Shown piece by piece: positions 1-10,776 of a stretch of 64,000 nucleotides of DNA. This stretch comes from an uncultured Pseudomonadota bacterium (GTDB lineage: Bacteria > Myxococcota_A > Polyangia > Fen-1088). Location of the stretch: NCBI GenBank assembly GCA_963847705.1, contig CAWKBC010000025.1:1-64000 (forward strand), written 5' to 3'. Numbering within the stretch: position 1 is the stretch's first letter; every line of letters begins with the position of its first letter. The translations under genes and the position numbers were made by a program. Below the pieces are notes generated by a model. The model ran no database searches and had not been told where the DNA came from. It worked only from the letters and a program-made list of their open reading frames with translations.

Positions 1-1178
<1,178 letters not shown>

Positions 1179-1280
1179 CGACTTGTCCTCTTTATCTGAC
1201 CTGGAACCCCGGGAGGGTTCCAGACCTCCCGCGAAGGAACCCTGCGAGCAAAGCTCGCCGAGCTCCACGCGACTTGCTTG

Positions 1281-1353
1281 AGCCCACGACCCGGATTGAA
1301 CGGGTGACCTCGTCCTTACCAAGGACGTGCTCTGCCAACTGAGCTACGTGGGC
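1281..1353 (-). tRNA. tRNA-Thr(GGT)
   Basis: GCCCACG acceptor stem, anticodon arm CGTCC-TTGGTAA-GGACG, TTCAATC T-loop; CCA not encoded. Confidence 0.97.
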
Positions 1354-1364
1354 GCCATTGCTAG

Positions 1365-1437
<73 letters not shown>

Positions 1438-1506
1438 GTATGTCCGGTTCGTCATGAAAGCCGTGCTTCTCTTCCACTGTTTTCTTTGTTGGCTCGGTTG
1501 GCTCTC

Positions 1507-1591
1507 TGGTGGACGGGGAAGGATTCGAACCTTCGAAGTCAGAGACGACAGATTTACAGTCTGTTCCCTTTGGCCACTCGGGAACCCGTCC
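1507..1591 (-). tRNA. tRNA-Tyr(GTA)
   Basis: Anticodon arm ACAGA-CTGTAAA-TCTGT, long variable arm, GGTTCGAATCC, encoded CCA. Confidence 0.97.
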
Positions 1592-1607
1592 GAAAAAACG
1601 CCAACGG

Positions 1608-1679
1608 AGCTGGCGATGGGACTCGAACCCGCAACCTGCTGATTACAAATCAGCTGCTCTACCATTGAGCTACGCCAGC
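1608..1679 (-). tRNA. tRNA-Thr(TGT)
   Basis: GCTGGCG acceptor stem, anticodon arm CTGAT-TTGTAAT-CAG region, GGTTCGAGTCC. First gene of the canonical thrU-tyrU-glyT-thrT-tuf order. Confidence 0.95.
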
Positions 1680-1777
1680 GCCGGTATCCATCCCTGTCCA
1701 TTGTCGTGTGATTCTGATGACTTTGACTTTGTTCCCGCATCGACATAGGTATCCCAGGCCGGCGCGCAGAGCGCGAA

Positions 1778-1806
1778 CGTATAGTTCGATCACATGACAG
1801 AGTCAA
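1778..1806 (-). promoter_or_regulatory. Putative sigma70-type promoter of the tRNA-tuf operon
   Basis: Minus strand TTGACT-N17-TATACG followed by a GC-rich discriminator-like stretch. Confidence 0.55.
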
Positions 1807-1900
1807 GCGACAATGAGCAGGCTGGCCGGCTTCTTGCCAGCTCGCCCTTGGCCCATCGCGTTAGCCGGCCGCCTTTTAGCTGATTTTGCTGCTGATCTGG

Positions 1901-1978
1901 CTGGGCCGCCTGCCGGGCGGCACGTCGTCGGGCATGGTTCGCCTCGCTCACCCTCGCCTTTCGGCGACGCCCTCCTAG
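1901..1978 (+). repeat. CTAG-bounded two-hairpin dispersed repeat, copy A
   Basis: CTGG-GCCGCCTGCCGGGCGGC-ACGTCGTCGGGCATGGTTCG...TCGCCTTTCGGCGACGCCCTC-CTAG; aligns with copies at 6103, 14827, 52950, 56910. Confidence 0.85.
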
Positions 1979-3255
1979 AGAATCTGGCGCGCCGGCCCGG
2001 TCGCCGCCGGGCTCTGGTCCTTGGGATCGCGGATGGACGGGGCCGAGGTACCCTCTCCGGGCGTGCCGCCGTGCCCCGCCGGCGGGGTCGGGACCTGGGG
2101 CGGAGGGGGCGCAGGGGTCTCGCTTCCCGCCGTCGCCGGGTCGGCGAACTCGAACTTGTAGGTCGGGTCGAGCAGCTTCTGCAGCTTGGCGAAGGCCAGC
2201 TTCGACTTGTCCCGCCATTCGTTCTGCACGCCCAGCCGCTCCAGCATCAACAGGTTTTGCTCGTGGGTGCGCAGCGACTTCTCGAGCAGGATGCGGATGC
2301 GCTTGCGCAGCTCCTCGTAGTAGACCTCGCGCTTCTCCTGGTTGGCCTCCCCCTGCAGTTCGTCCGGGATGGGGGCATGGATGAAGGCGTCGTAGAACTC
2401 TTCATACAGTGACCCGATCTGGTAGCCGGAGGCGGCCGCCCACTGGGGGTTGCCGAGCTTGATCGTCTCGATGTACTGGCGCTGGGCCGCCAGCAGGAGG
2501 CGGGCCTTGTCCTCCATGTCGATCCCCATCTGCTTCTCCGGCAGCCGGAGCGGGATGGCGCGGAACCGCTCGTGCGGGATCTCCCCCAGGTGGTAACGCA
2601 CGAGGCCAAGGTAGAAGTCGGTGTCCAGCCGCTCCTCGCTGGCGATGCTGTTGAAAAAGTAGATCGCCGACTGGAACGTCCGCTCAGCCGTGTCCAGATC
2701 CTTCAGCTGGAACTGGGCGAACCCGCGCCGCCCCATCGCCTCGATCTTGTCGTCGGCGTTCAGGTCCTTGCGCTCGAGAATCTGGGCGAACGTCGTCGCC
2801 GAGGTGGGCCAGTTTCCCATCTCCGCGTAGCAGGCGCCGATCTGAAACTGGGCGTCCTTGGCGTCCGAGCTGTCGGCGTGCTCGGTGGCCAGCCGCTGGA
2901 ACCGGGCGATGGCGGTCTGCCAGTCCTTGGTCCCTTCGTACGCCAGGCCCGCGTTGTAGAGCGCCGCCTTGGTGTAGCGGGTGTCGGGAAACTCCTTGAG
3001 CAGCTGGTCGTAGTCGCGCGCGGCGTCGGCCGGACGCTTCGCCGACAGGGCGGCCCCTGCCCGCTCGAACAGCTCCGTCACGTCGTAGGTCTCGAGGTGG
3101 GTCCCCTCCGGCCCCTTCACCGCGGCGATCTTGATGGGGTCCATCTCGATCTCTTCCACCGGCCCCCCCGGCGGGACCACGGTCACATCGTTCTTCCCCT
3201 TGCCGGCGCAGGCCGCCAGCAGCATCAGCGGAACCACCCAGAGTCGTTTCGTCAT
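1975..3255 (-). CDS. TPR-repeat lipoprotein; C-terminal helical region resembles AgmU/GltD-type gliding TPR proteins
   Basis: Start MTKRLWVVPLMLLAAC (lipobox); TPR motifs (ALYNAGLAYE, AQFQIGACY); Pro-rich tail. The AgmU/GltD resemblance is recalled, not searched. Confidence 0.8.
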   Translation of the reverse strand: MTKRLWVVPLMLLAACAGKGKNDVTVVPPGGPVEEIEMDPIKIAAVKGPEGTHLETYDVTELFERAGAALSAKRPADAARDYDQLLKEFPDTRYTKAALYNAGLAYEGTKDWQTAIARFQRLATEHADSSDAKDAQFQIGACYAEMGNWPTSATTFAQILERKDLNADDKIEAMGRRGFAQFQLKDLDTAERTFQSAIYFFNSIASEERLDTDFYLGLVRYHLGEIPHERFRAIPLRLPEKQMGIDMEDKARLLLAAQRQYIETIKLGNPQWAAASGYQIGSLYEEFYDAFIHAPIPDELQGEANQEKREVYYEELRKRIRILLEKSLRTHEQNLLMLERLGVQNEWRDKSKLAFAKLQKLLDPTYKFEFADPATAGSETPAPPPPQVPTPPAGHGGTPGEGTSAPSIRDPKDQSPAATGPARQIL

Positions 3256-3402
3256 GTGAAGGTCCTTCTCGTCAGTCTTAAGGACAACGTCCCAGGGTGC
3301 CAGGTTCCCATCCGCAGGTTCCCATCCGCTCGGTCCTATCGGATGCTTGGGCCATTTCATTGACGGTTGATCCCAGGCAACCGGTCGGGCACCGTGGAGG
3401 GC

Positions 3403-3912
3403 ATGCCGGTTCGCGAGCTGATCCCCGCCGACGCCATCGCCAGGCGGATCGCCGAAATGGGGGCCGAGATCGACGCCCGACTGCCACCCGGACCGCTCAC
3501 GGTGGTGGGCGTCCTGCGGGGGGCCTTCGTCTTCATGGCCGACCTGGTCCGGGCCATCCCGCGGGAGCTGACCTGCGACTTTCTGGCCGTCCGGAGCTAC
3601 GGCGACGCGACCGTCTCCTCGGGCGTCGTCGAGATCACCAGCGATCTGGGCGCCCCGATCGCCGGCCGCCAGGTCCTGCTGGTCGAGGACATCGTCGACA
3701 CCGGTCTGACGCTCCGCTACCTGCTCGACCTCCTGAAGGCGCGGGGGCCGGCCGGCGTCCACGTCTGCGCGCTCCTGGCCAAGCCGTCATATAAGGAGGT
3801 GGCCCTCGACTTCGTGGGCTTCCCAGCGCCCGACGCCTTCGTGGTGGGCTACGGCCTCGACGCCCGTCAGCTCTACCGCAACCTGCCCGGGATCTGCGCG
3901 CTCGAGGAGTAG
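3403..3912 (+). CDS. hpt: Hypoxanthine phosphoribosyltransferase
   Basis: VGVLRGAFVFMADL, VRSYG, PRPP-binding VLLVEDIVDTGLTL, FVVGYGLD..YRNLP. Confidence 0.95.
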   Translation: MPVRELIPADAIARRIAEMGAEIDARLPPGPLTVVGVLRGAFVFMADLVRAIPRELTCDFLAVRSYGDATVSSGVVEITSDLGAPIAGRQVLLVEDIVDTGLTLRYLLDLLKARGPAGVHVCALLAKPSYKEVALDFVGFPAPDAFVVGYGLDARQLYRNLPGICALEE

Positions 3913-3940
3913 CGCCTTCCCCCTCGAGCCCCGAATCCCG

Positions 3941-4982
3941 CTACCTGTTCTTTTTGCGCCGGTCGAGCTCGTCCTTGAGCCGGGTCTTGATGCCGTTGTA
4001 GCGCTGCAGGAACTCGAAGTGCTTCTGCCGGAAGGCCTGCAGGTAGCGGCGCTCGTGCGCCTTCTGCTTGAGCGCCTCGCGGATCTCGCCCAGCGGGCCG
4101 ACCAGCTGTCCAGCCTCGCTGTAGCTGCCGACCAGGGTCATCACCCGTCCGGCGTCGATCAGCTTCACCTCGCCCGTGCGCCCGCTCCGGCCGGGCGGGC
4201 TGTAGAGGAGCGTGAGGACGTCCGGGGCGCTCGCCTTGACGGTGGTGACCACCATGCTCCCCGGCAGATCCGGCAGGTCCTCCTTGACGATGACGATTCT
4301 GGGGCCGCATCTGGGTCACGACGTCCAGCGCCTCGCCGCCCGAGAGCGCGGCGCGGAAATGCCACCCCTCCGCCGCCGTGAGCACCTTCTCCAGCTTTTC
4401 GAGCGCCTCCGGATCGTCGTCGACCAGGACGACGCTGACCGCCGCCGAGGTGGTCGCATCGTCGGAGGTCCGCCCCGAGGCGCGGTCCTCGTGGTCGAGC
4501 AGCTCGTGCGACACCTCGCGCAGGCGGCGCAGGAACTCCTCGTGCGTCTCGGCGACCTCCTCGAGCAGGCTGTTGCGATCGGCGGTCGCCTTGATCTCCC
4601 CGGCCGCCTCGATCACCCGTTCGCGCAGGTAAGGGACGACGTCCGGCTCCTTGAGCACGACGTCGGCCGCGCCCGCACGGAACGCCTTCACCGCCGTCTC
4701 GTACGACTTGCGGGCGGTCATGATCACCACCGACGTCAACGGCGACTTGTCGCGGGCGAACTGCAGGAGCTCGATCCCCCCGCCCGGGGTCGGCGTGTCG
4801 GCGTCGACCAGCGCGACGGCGTAAAACTTGTTCAGCAGCTGGTCGCGCGCCCGGACCGGATCGTGGGTCCCGGTGACGATCAAGCCAGCCTTGGTCAGCA
4901 GCCGGTCGAGCCCCTTGACGACCTGGTCATCGGCGTCGACGACCAGGACCTCTTGCCCGGCGGCGGCGGGTTGGTTGGCCAC
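3941..4982 (-). CDS. Response regulator with two receiver domains (one-base frameshift at ~4297)
   Basis: REC1: VLVVDAD...VALVD...KEP. REC2: VVLVDDD...ALSGGEAL. Removing one base in CAG-A-ATC restores RPQIVIVKEDLPDLPG and joins the 3941..4255 ORF. Confidence 0.8.
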
Positions 4983-5083
4983 GGTGCGGATGAACTTACC
5001 CCGGCGCTCGGTCAGGCATCAAGAGAACCTGGCGCGCGAGCTGGTACTCTTTGAGGAGTTTGGGCATCGCAAGGGCCTCGGAC

Positions 5084-6106
5084 ATGGACTCCTTCTTCGA
5101 CAGAGCGCTGCTGGCGGCGCGGCGCCTCGGCGCCTCCGACGTTCACCTGAAGCCTGGCTTGGCGCCAATTCTTCGGATCGCGGGCGAGCTGCGCACGCTG
5201 AGCGACGTTCCCCCCTTGTCGCGCGAGTTCCTGCACAGCCTGGGGCTCTCGCTGCTGAACGATCGGCGCCGAGAGACGCTGGAGCGGACCGGCGACGTGA
5301 TCGTGGCGCTGGCCACCAGCAATGGCGGACGGCAGCGCGCGCATCTTTTCCACCATCGCGGCGGACTCAGCCTGGCGCTTCGGTTGATCCCGCCCGAGGT
5401 CCCGGCGCTCGACACGCTCGGGCTCCCCGCCGAGGTGCGCGCGCTGACCGAGCCCGGCGCGGGGCTGGTGCTCGTGGCCGGCGGCCCCGGACAGGGGAAG
5501 ACCACCACGCTGGCAGCCCTGGTCGAGGACCTCACCGCGCGGCGCCCCTGCCGGGTGGTGACGATCGAAGAGCCGGTCGAATACCTGCTCAAGGATCGAC
5601 GGGGGTTGGTCGTCCAGCGGGAGGTCGGAACGGACGTCCCGTCGACCGCGGCGGCCCTGCGTTCGTTGAGCCGGCAGGACCTCGACGTTCTGCTCGTCGG
5701 CGATCTGACGGACCCGGCGGCCGCGCGGCTGGCCGTCGAGGCGGTGGAGACAGGCCGGCTGGTGCTGGCCGGCCTCCTGGCCGGAAACATCCCGCAGGTG
5801 GTCGAGCGGCTGACCGCCACGCCGGAGGACGACGCACCTCTGACGCGCGCGCGGATCGCTGCTAGCTTGCGGGGCATCATCGTTCAGCGTCTGGTTCCCG
5901 CCTCCGACGGCAAGCGCCGGGGGCCCGCCGGCACGTTGCTGCGGGTCGGACCCGAAGCTCGAGCGCAGCTCGCGGAGGGAGCCCTGGCGCAGGGAACGCC
6001 AGAGCTACCGGGGAGCCTGACCTTCGAGCCCCCGGCCGAGCCGCCCCGCAAGCGGCGGACCAGTGATCCGCGCGCGGCCGTCGAGGACGACACCCCGGGT
6101 GACTAG
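5084..6106 (+). CDS. PilT/PilU-family ATPase paralog, degenerate
   Basis: ASDVHL, Walker A GGPGQGKTTT, TIEEPVE, QREVGTD; Walker B and His box altered. Confidence 0.85.
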   Translation: MDSFFDRALLAARRLGASDVHLKPGLAPILRIAGELRTLSDVPPLSREFLHSLGLSLLNDRRRETLERTGDVIVALATSNGGRQRAHLFHHRGGLSLALRLIPPEVPALDTLGLPAEVRALTEPGAGLVLVAGGPGQGKTTTLAALVEDLTARRPCRVVTIEEPVEYLLKDRRGLVVQREVGTDVPSTAAALRSLSRQDLDVLLVGDLTDPAAARLAVEAVETGRLVLAGLLAGNIPQVVERLTATPEDDAPLTRARIAASLRGIIVQRLVPASDGKRRGPAGTLLRVGPEARAQLAEGALAQGTPELPGSLTFEPPAEPPRKRRTSDPRAAVEDDTPGD

Positions 6107-6180
6107 GCCGCCTCCGGGCGGCACGTCGTCGGGCATGGCTCGCTTCGCTCGCCGTTGCCTTTGCGGCAACGCCCTCCTAG
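6103..6180 (+). repeat. CTAG-bounded two-hairpin dispersed repeat, copy B
   Basis: CTAG-GCCGCCTCCGGGCGGC-ACGTCGTCGGGCATGGCTCG...CGTTGCCTTTGCGGCAACG-CCCTC-CTAG. Confidence 0.88.
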
Positions 6181-6194
6181 TCTTCGCTGCGCCC

Positions 6195-8846
6195 ATGTCC
6201 CCTTCCCTTTCGATCGACGCCCGTCGGGCCTTCCTCGACTACTTCGTGAAGCGCGGCCATCAGGAGGCGCCGAGCGCGTCGCTGGTCCCGCTCAACGATC
6301 CGACACTGCTCTTCACCAACGCCGGGATGAACCAGTTCAAGGACTTCTTCACCGGCAAGGCCAGGACGACCTTCTCGCGCGCCACCAGCTCGCAGAAGTG
6401 CGTGCGTGCCGGCGGCAAGCACAACGACCTGGAGAACGTCGGCCGCACGGCGCGCCACCAGACGTTCTTCGAGATGCTGGGGAACTTCTCCTTCGGCGAC
6501 TACTTCAAGCCCGACGCCATCGCCTTCGCGTATGAGCTCCTGACCAAGACCTACGCCATCAAGCCCGAGCGGCTGGTCTACACGGTTCACGAGTCGGACG
6601 ACGAGGCGCGCGTGCTCTGGAAGAAGATCGCGGGGGTCAGCGACGATCGCGTCATCGGCCTGGGCGACAAGGACAACTTCTGGGCCATGGGCGAGACCGG
6701 CCCCTGCGGCCCCTGCAGCGAGATCCACTATCTGCAGGGCGCCGAGATTCACTGCGCGGTCGAGACCGCCGGCGGCCACTGCCAGGGTCCCGCCTGTGAC
6801 TGCGACCGCTGGGTGGAGATCTGGAACCTGGTCTTCATGCAGTTCGAGCAGGTGGCCCCGGGCGATCGCCGCCCGCTGCCCAAGCCGTCGGTCGACACCG
6901 GCATGGGGCTCGAGCGCCTCTGCGCCGTGCTCCAGGGCGTGCGGTCCAACTACGAGACCGACCTCCTGCGTCCGCTCATCGATCGGGTGGCCGATCTCTC
7001 GAAGAAGCCGTTCGTCCCCGCCGACTACGAGGGGCAGAGCGTCTCGCTGCGGGCCATCGCCGACCACGCGCGGGCGGCGGCCTTCCTGATCGCCGACGGC
7101 GTCTTCCCCGACAAGACCGGCCGCGAGTACGTGCTGCGCCGGATCATGCGGCGGGCCGTCTATCACGGCTGGTTGCTGGGGATCAAAGAGCCGTTCCTCG
7201 ACGCGCTGGCGGCCGACGTCGTGACGAAGATGGGCGGCGTCTATCCCGAGCTGGTCGAGCGGCAGAGCCTCATCGCCAAGATCACGCGCGAGGAGGAGAC
7301 CCGGTTTCGCGAGACGCTCGAGCGCGGCGTGCGGCTGCTCGACGAGAAGGTCTTCGCCGCCGGCGGCGCCAAGCAGATCAACGGCGCGACGGCCTTCATG
7401 CTCTATGACACCTACGGGTTCCCGCTCGATCTGACGCGCGTGATCGCCGAGCAGCACCACTATGACCTCGACGAGGCCGGTTTCCAGACCGCGATGAACG
7501 AGCAACGCCACCGGAGCGACTTCCACGGCTCGGGCGAGGTCGCGGTGGCGGCCGTGTTCCAGCAGATCGCCGACCGCGTCGGGGCCACGAAGTTCCTCGG
7601 CTACGACCGGACCTCGGCTTCGTCCAAGGTCGTGGCCCTCCTCGCCGACGGAAAAGAGGTCGACGTCGTCGGCCCGTATTCCAAGGACGTCGCGGTGATC
7701 GTGGCCGAGACGCCGTTCTATGGCGAGCAGGGCGGGCAGATGGGCGACGCGGGGACGATCGCCTCGTCCAAGGCGCGCCTGGCCGTGCGGGACTCCAAGC
7801 GGCCGGTCTCCACGCTCTGGGTCCACTTCGCCGAGGTCGAGAGCGGCGAGCTGCGCGTCGGCGACGCCGTCGAGCTGACCGTCGACACCGAGCGGCGCGA
7901 CGACATCCGGCGCAACCACTCGGCGACGCACCTCCTGCACTGGGCGCTGCGCCACGTCCTCGGCACCCACGTGACCCAGAAGGGCTCGCTGGTGGCCCCC
8001 GATCGCCTGCGCTTCGACTTTTCGCACACTGCCCCATTGACGGACGAAGAGAAGCAGAAGGTCGAGGATCTGGTGAACGCGCGTGTCCGCAAGAACGTCG
8101 CCACCGACACCGCCGTGCTGGCGATCGCCGACGCCAAGCAGGCCGGCGCCATCGCCTTCTTCGGCGAGAAGTACGGCGACACGGTGCGCGTGGTGACGAT
8201 GGGCGAGTCGAAGGAGTTCTGCGGCGGCACCCACGTCGCGCGCACCGGCGACATCGCCTTCTTCAAGCTGACCGAGGAGACCGGCGTCGCCCAGGGCGTC
8301 AGGCGCGTCGAGGCCACCACCGGCGCCGGGGCCGTGGCCTTCGTCCGGAAGATGGAGAGTGAGCTGCTGGAGTCCGGGCGCCTTCTGCGCGCGGGCGAGT
8401 TCGAGGTCGCCGCGCGCATCACCAAGCTGCAGGCCGACCAGCGGGGGCTGGAAAAAGAGCTCGAGAAGCTGCGCCGCAAGCTCGCCTCCGGCGGCGGACG
8501 CGATCTGGCGGCCGAGGCGCGCGACGTCAACGGGGTGCGCGTGCTGGCGACCCGGGCCGACGTCGCCGATCCGAAGGCGCTGCGCGAGGTCGCCGATCAG
8601 CTGCGCGACAAGCTCGGCTCGGCCGTGATCGTCCTGGCCGGCGTCGAGGGGGACAAGATCGCGCTCGTCTCGATGGTCTCCCCCGATCTGGTCGGCAAGC
8701 ACCACGCCGGCAAGATCGTCGGCGAGGTGGCCAAGGCCGTGGGCGGCAAGGGGGGCGGTCGGCCCGACATGGCGCAGGGGGGGGGCTCCGATCCCACCGC
8801 GCTCGACGCGGCGTTGGCGAAGGTGTTCGATCTCGTCCGTGGCTGA
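6195..8846 (+). CDS. alaS: Alanine--tRNA ligase
   Basis: DPTLLFTNAGMNQFK, RHQTFFEMLGNFSFGDYFK, editing-site NHSATH and EFCGGTH, C-terminal GKGGGRPDMAQGGG. Confidence 0.99.
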   Translation: MSPSLSIDARRAFLDYFVKRGHQEAPSASLVPLNDPTLLFTNAGMNQFKDFFTGKARTTFSRATSSQKCVRAGGKHNDLENVGRTARHQTFFEMLGNFSFGDYFKPDAIAFAYELLTKTYAIKPERLVYTVHESDDEARVLWKKIAGVSDDRVIGLGDKDNFWAMGETGPCGPCSEIHYLQGAEIHCAVETAGGHCQGPACDCDRWVEIWNLVFMQFEQVAPGDRRPLPKPSVDTGMGLERLCAVLQGVRSNYETDLLRPLIDRVADLSKKPFVPADYEGQSVSLRAIADHARAAAFLIADGVFPDKTGREYVLRRIMRRAVYHGWLLGIKEPFLDALAADVVTKMGGVYPELVERQSLIAKITREEETRFRETLERGVRLLDEKVFAAGGAKQINGATAFMLYDTYGFPLDLTRVIAEQHHYDLDEAGFQTAMNEQRHRSDFHGSGEVAVAAVFQQIADRVGATKFLGYDRTSASSKVVALLADGKEVDVVGPYSKDVAVIVAETPFYGEQGGQMGDAGTIASSKARLAVRDSKRPVSTLWVHFAEVESGELRVGDAVELTVDTERRDDIRRNHSATHLLHWALRHVLGTHVTQKGSLVAPDRLRFDFSHTAPLTDEEKQKVEDLVNARVRKNVATDTAVLAIADAKQAGAIAFFGEKYGDTVRVVTMGESKEFCGGTHVARTGDIAFFKLTEETGVAQGVRRVEATTGAGAVAFVRKMESELLESGRLLRAGEFEVAARITKLQADQRGLEKELEKLRRKLASGGGRDLAAEARDVNGVRVLATRADVADPKALREVADQLRDKLGSAVIVLAGVEGDKIALVSMVSPDLVGKHHAGKIVGEVAKAVGGKGGGRPDMAQGGGSDPTALDAALAKVFDLVRG

Positions 8847-9834
8847 AAACCGGCTCGCGCAGACCTTCCAGCTCGACGCGACCGACGCTGGTGTCACGCT
8901 GGCCGCGGCGTTGCGCCGGCGCTTCACCGGGGAGAGCTGGAGTGACGTGCGCGCGCTCTGCACGACCGGCAAGGTGAGCCTCGACGGCGAGCGGGCGCTC
9001 GATCCCGCCGTCCGCGTGAGCGCCGGCCAGCGGATCGAGCTGCGACCGAACGCGCCGAAACCGCACACCGTCCCGGCGGGCTTCCGGATCGCGTTCGAGG
9101 ACGCTCACCTGGTGGTGATCGAGAAGCCGTCCGGCATCACCAGCGTCCCCTACGAGCGCAAGGAGACCGGCACCGCGCTCGATCTCATTCGCGCCAGCTG
9201 GAAGCGGGCCGGCAAGCGCGCCACGGTGACGCCGCTCTACACGGTGCACCGGATCGACAAGGACACCTCCGGCCTCCTGGCGTTCGCCAAGACCAAGCTG
9301 GCCGAGCGGGCGCTGCATGAGGTCTTCCAGCGCCACACCGCCGCCCGCGCCTACCTGGCCGTCGCCGAAGGGGACGTGACCGCGGCGCGCATCGAATCAC
9401 AGCTGGTCGCCGACCGCGGCGACGGCATCCGCGGCTCCGCCCGCCACCCCAACCCCAACGAAGGCCAGCTGGCCATCACCTACGTCGAACCGCTCAGGCA
9501 CTACGCGCGCAAATCGACCGGGCCGGCCGGGCGAGCGGGCACGATCGTCGCTACACTTTGTCGCGTGCGACTCGAGACGGGACGAACGCATCAGATCCGC
9601 ATCCACCTCTCCGAGCGGGGCCATCCCCTGGTCGGCGAGACGGTCTACATCCGCGATCTCTTGCGCGACGGCCGCCAGCCGCTCCCCGCGCCCCGCCTCA
9701 TGTTGCACGCCGCGTTGCTGGGCTTCCCGCACCCTGTGACCGGCGCGCCGATCAGGCTCGAGGCGACGCCGCCAGACGATTTCATGAAGGTGATCGAATC
9801 GTTGGGGGGCGCCCGTGGCGACTGCCGGATCTGA
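8839..9834 (+). CDS. RluA/RluD-family pseudouridine synthase with S4-like N-terminus
   Basis: VIEKPSG, VHRIDKDTSG (catalytic Asp), LETGRTHQIRIH, GHPLVGE, LMLHA. Confidence 0.93.
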   Translation: MAENRLAQTFQLDATDAGVTLAAALRRRFTGESWSDVRALCTTGKVSLDGERALDPAVRVSAGQRIELRPNAPKPHTVPAGFRIAFEDAHLVVIEKPSGITSVPYERKETGTALDLIRASWKRAGKRATVTPLYTVHRIDKDTSGLLAFAKTKLAERALHEVFQRHTAARAYLAVAEGDVTAARIESQLVADRGDGIRGSARHPNPNEGQLAITYVEPLRHYARKSTGPAGRAGTIVATLCRVRLETGRTHQIRIHLSERGHPLVGETVYIRDLLRDGRQPLPAPRLMLHAALLGFPHPVTGAPIRLEATPPDDFMKVIESLGGARGDCRI

Positions 9835-10672
9835 CGGCACGATCAAGTCGGCCCTCGCCGCCGTGATGGAGGCGGTCCGCTCAGCCTACGGACCCGACGC
9901 CCAAAGGGCGGCGGAGCTGCCCGATGGCGGCCACGATCCCGCCTTCCTCGATCGCACGGCGCCCCTGCTCGAGTTTCTCTGGTCGCGCTACTTCCGGGTG
10001 CGCCTGCTCGGGGTGGAGAACGTCCCCGCGACCGGCGCCGCCATGCTGGTCGGCAACCACTCGGGCGGGATCCCCTACGACGGTGCACTGTTGCTGCACG
10101 GCGTCCACCGTGACCATCCGAGCCACCGGCGCGTGCGTCCGCTGGTGGCGAACTTTGCCTTCCGTCAGGGCTGGATCGCCAACGTCATTTCGCGCATTGG
10201 CGGCGTTCGGGCCTCGCGCGAGATCGCGTTGCCCCTCCTGGCCAAGGGGGAGCTCATCGCCGTGTTTCCAGAAGGTCTGCGTGGGGTCGGGAAACTCTAC
10301 CGAGAACGTTACAGGATGGCCCGTTTCGGCCGGGGCGGGTTCGTCCGGTTGTCGAGCGAAGCCCAGGTGCCCCTGCTGCCCGTGGCCATCGTCGGCGCCG
10401 AGGAGATTCACCCCATCATCGGGAAAATCACCTCCCTGGCGGAACCTCTGGGTCTACCTTACATCCCAATAACGCCCACGTTTCCATGGCTTGGGCCACT
10501 CGGTCTGCTTCCGGTCCCCACCAAATGGACAATCCAGATAGGCGCCCCGATTCCGCCACCTGCGCCAGGGGATGGACCGGGGACCGTGCGTGTGGCCGAG
10601 GCGGTCCGCACGGCGATCGACGGGATGATCGCCGATCTTCTGGTCAAGCGACGTTCGATTCTTTTCGGATAG
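9815..10672 (+). CDS. Lysophospholipid acyltransferase (PlsC family)
   Basis: NHSGGIPYD (HxxxxD-like), VFPEG, GRGGF, PLLPVAIVG. Confidence 0.9.
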   Translation: MATAGSDGTIKSALAAVMEAVRSAYGPDAQRAAELPDGGHDPAFLDRTAPLLEFLWSRYFRVRLLGVENVPATGAAMLVGNHSGGIPYDGALLLHGVHRDHPSHRRVRPLVANFAFRQGWIANVISRIGGVRASREIALPLLAKGELIAVFPEGLRGVGKLYRERYRMARFGRGGFVRLSSEAQVPLLPVAIVGAEEIHPIIGKITSLAEPLGLPYIPITPTFPWLGPLGLLPVPTKWTIQIGAPIPPPAPGDGPGTVRVAEAVRTAIDGMIADLLVKRRSILFG

Positions 10673-10776
10673 TGGGGACAGTCGATTGATGGGCGGGAAA
10701 CGTTTGGCTTCTCGTACGTTATATTCGTGCGGCACTATACAGTTCAGTTATAAACTGAGGACTTAGCCCCGGCTTC

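Noticed and set aside
3909-3932. GTAGCGCCTTCCCCCTCGAGCC, resembling the two ends of repeat copy E fused
   Set aside because: Too short to separate from chance, though it also follows a TAG stop; not counted as a copy.
6177-9068. 963-aa minus-strand ORF and similar long antisense ORFs (e.g. 22232-23803, 37086-38465)
   Set aside because: High-GC codon bias creates stop-free antisense frames opposite well-supported genes.
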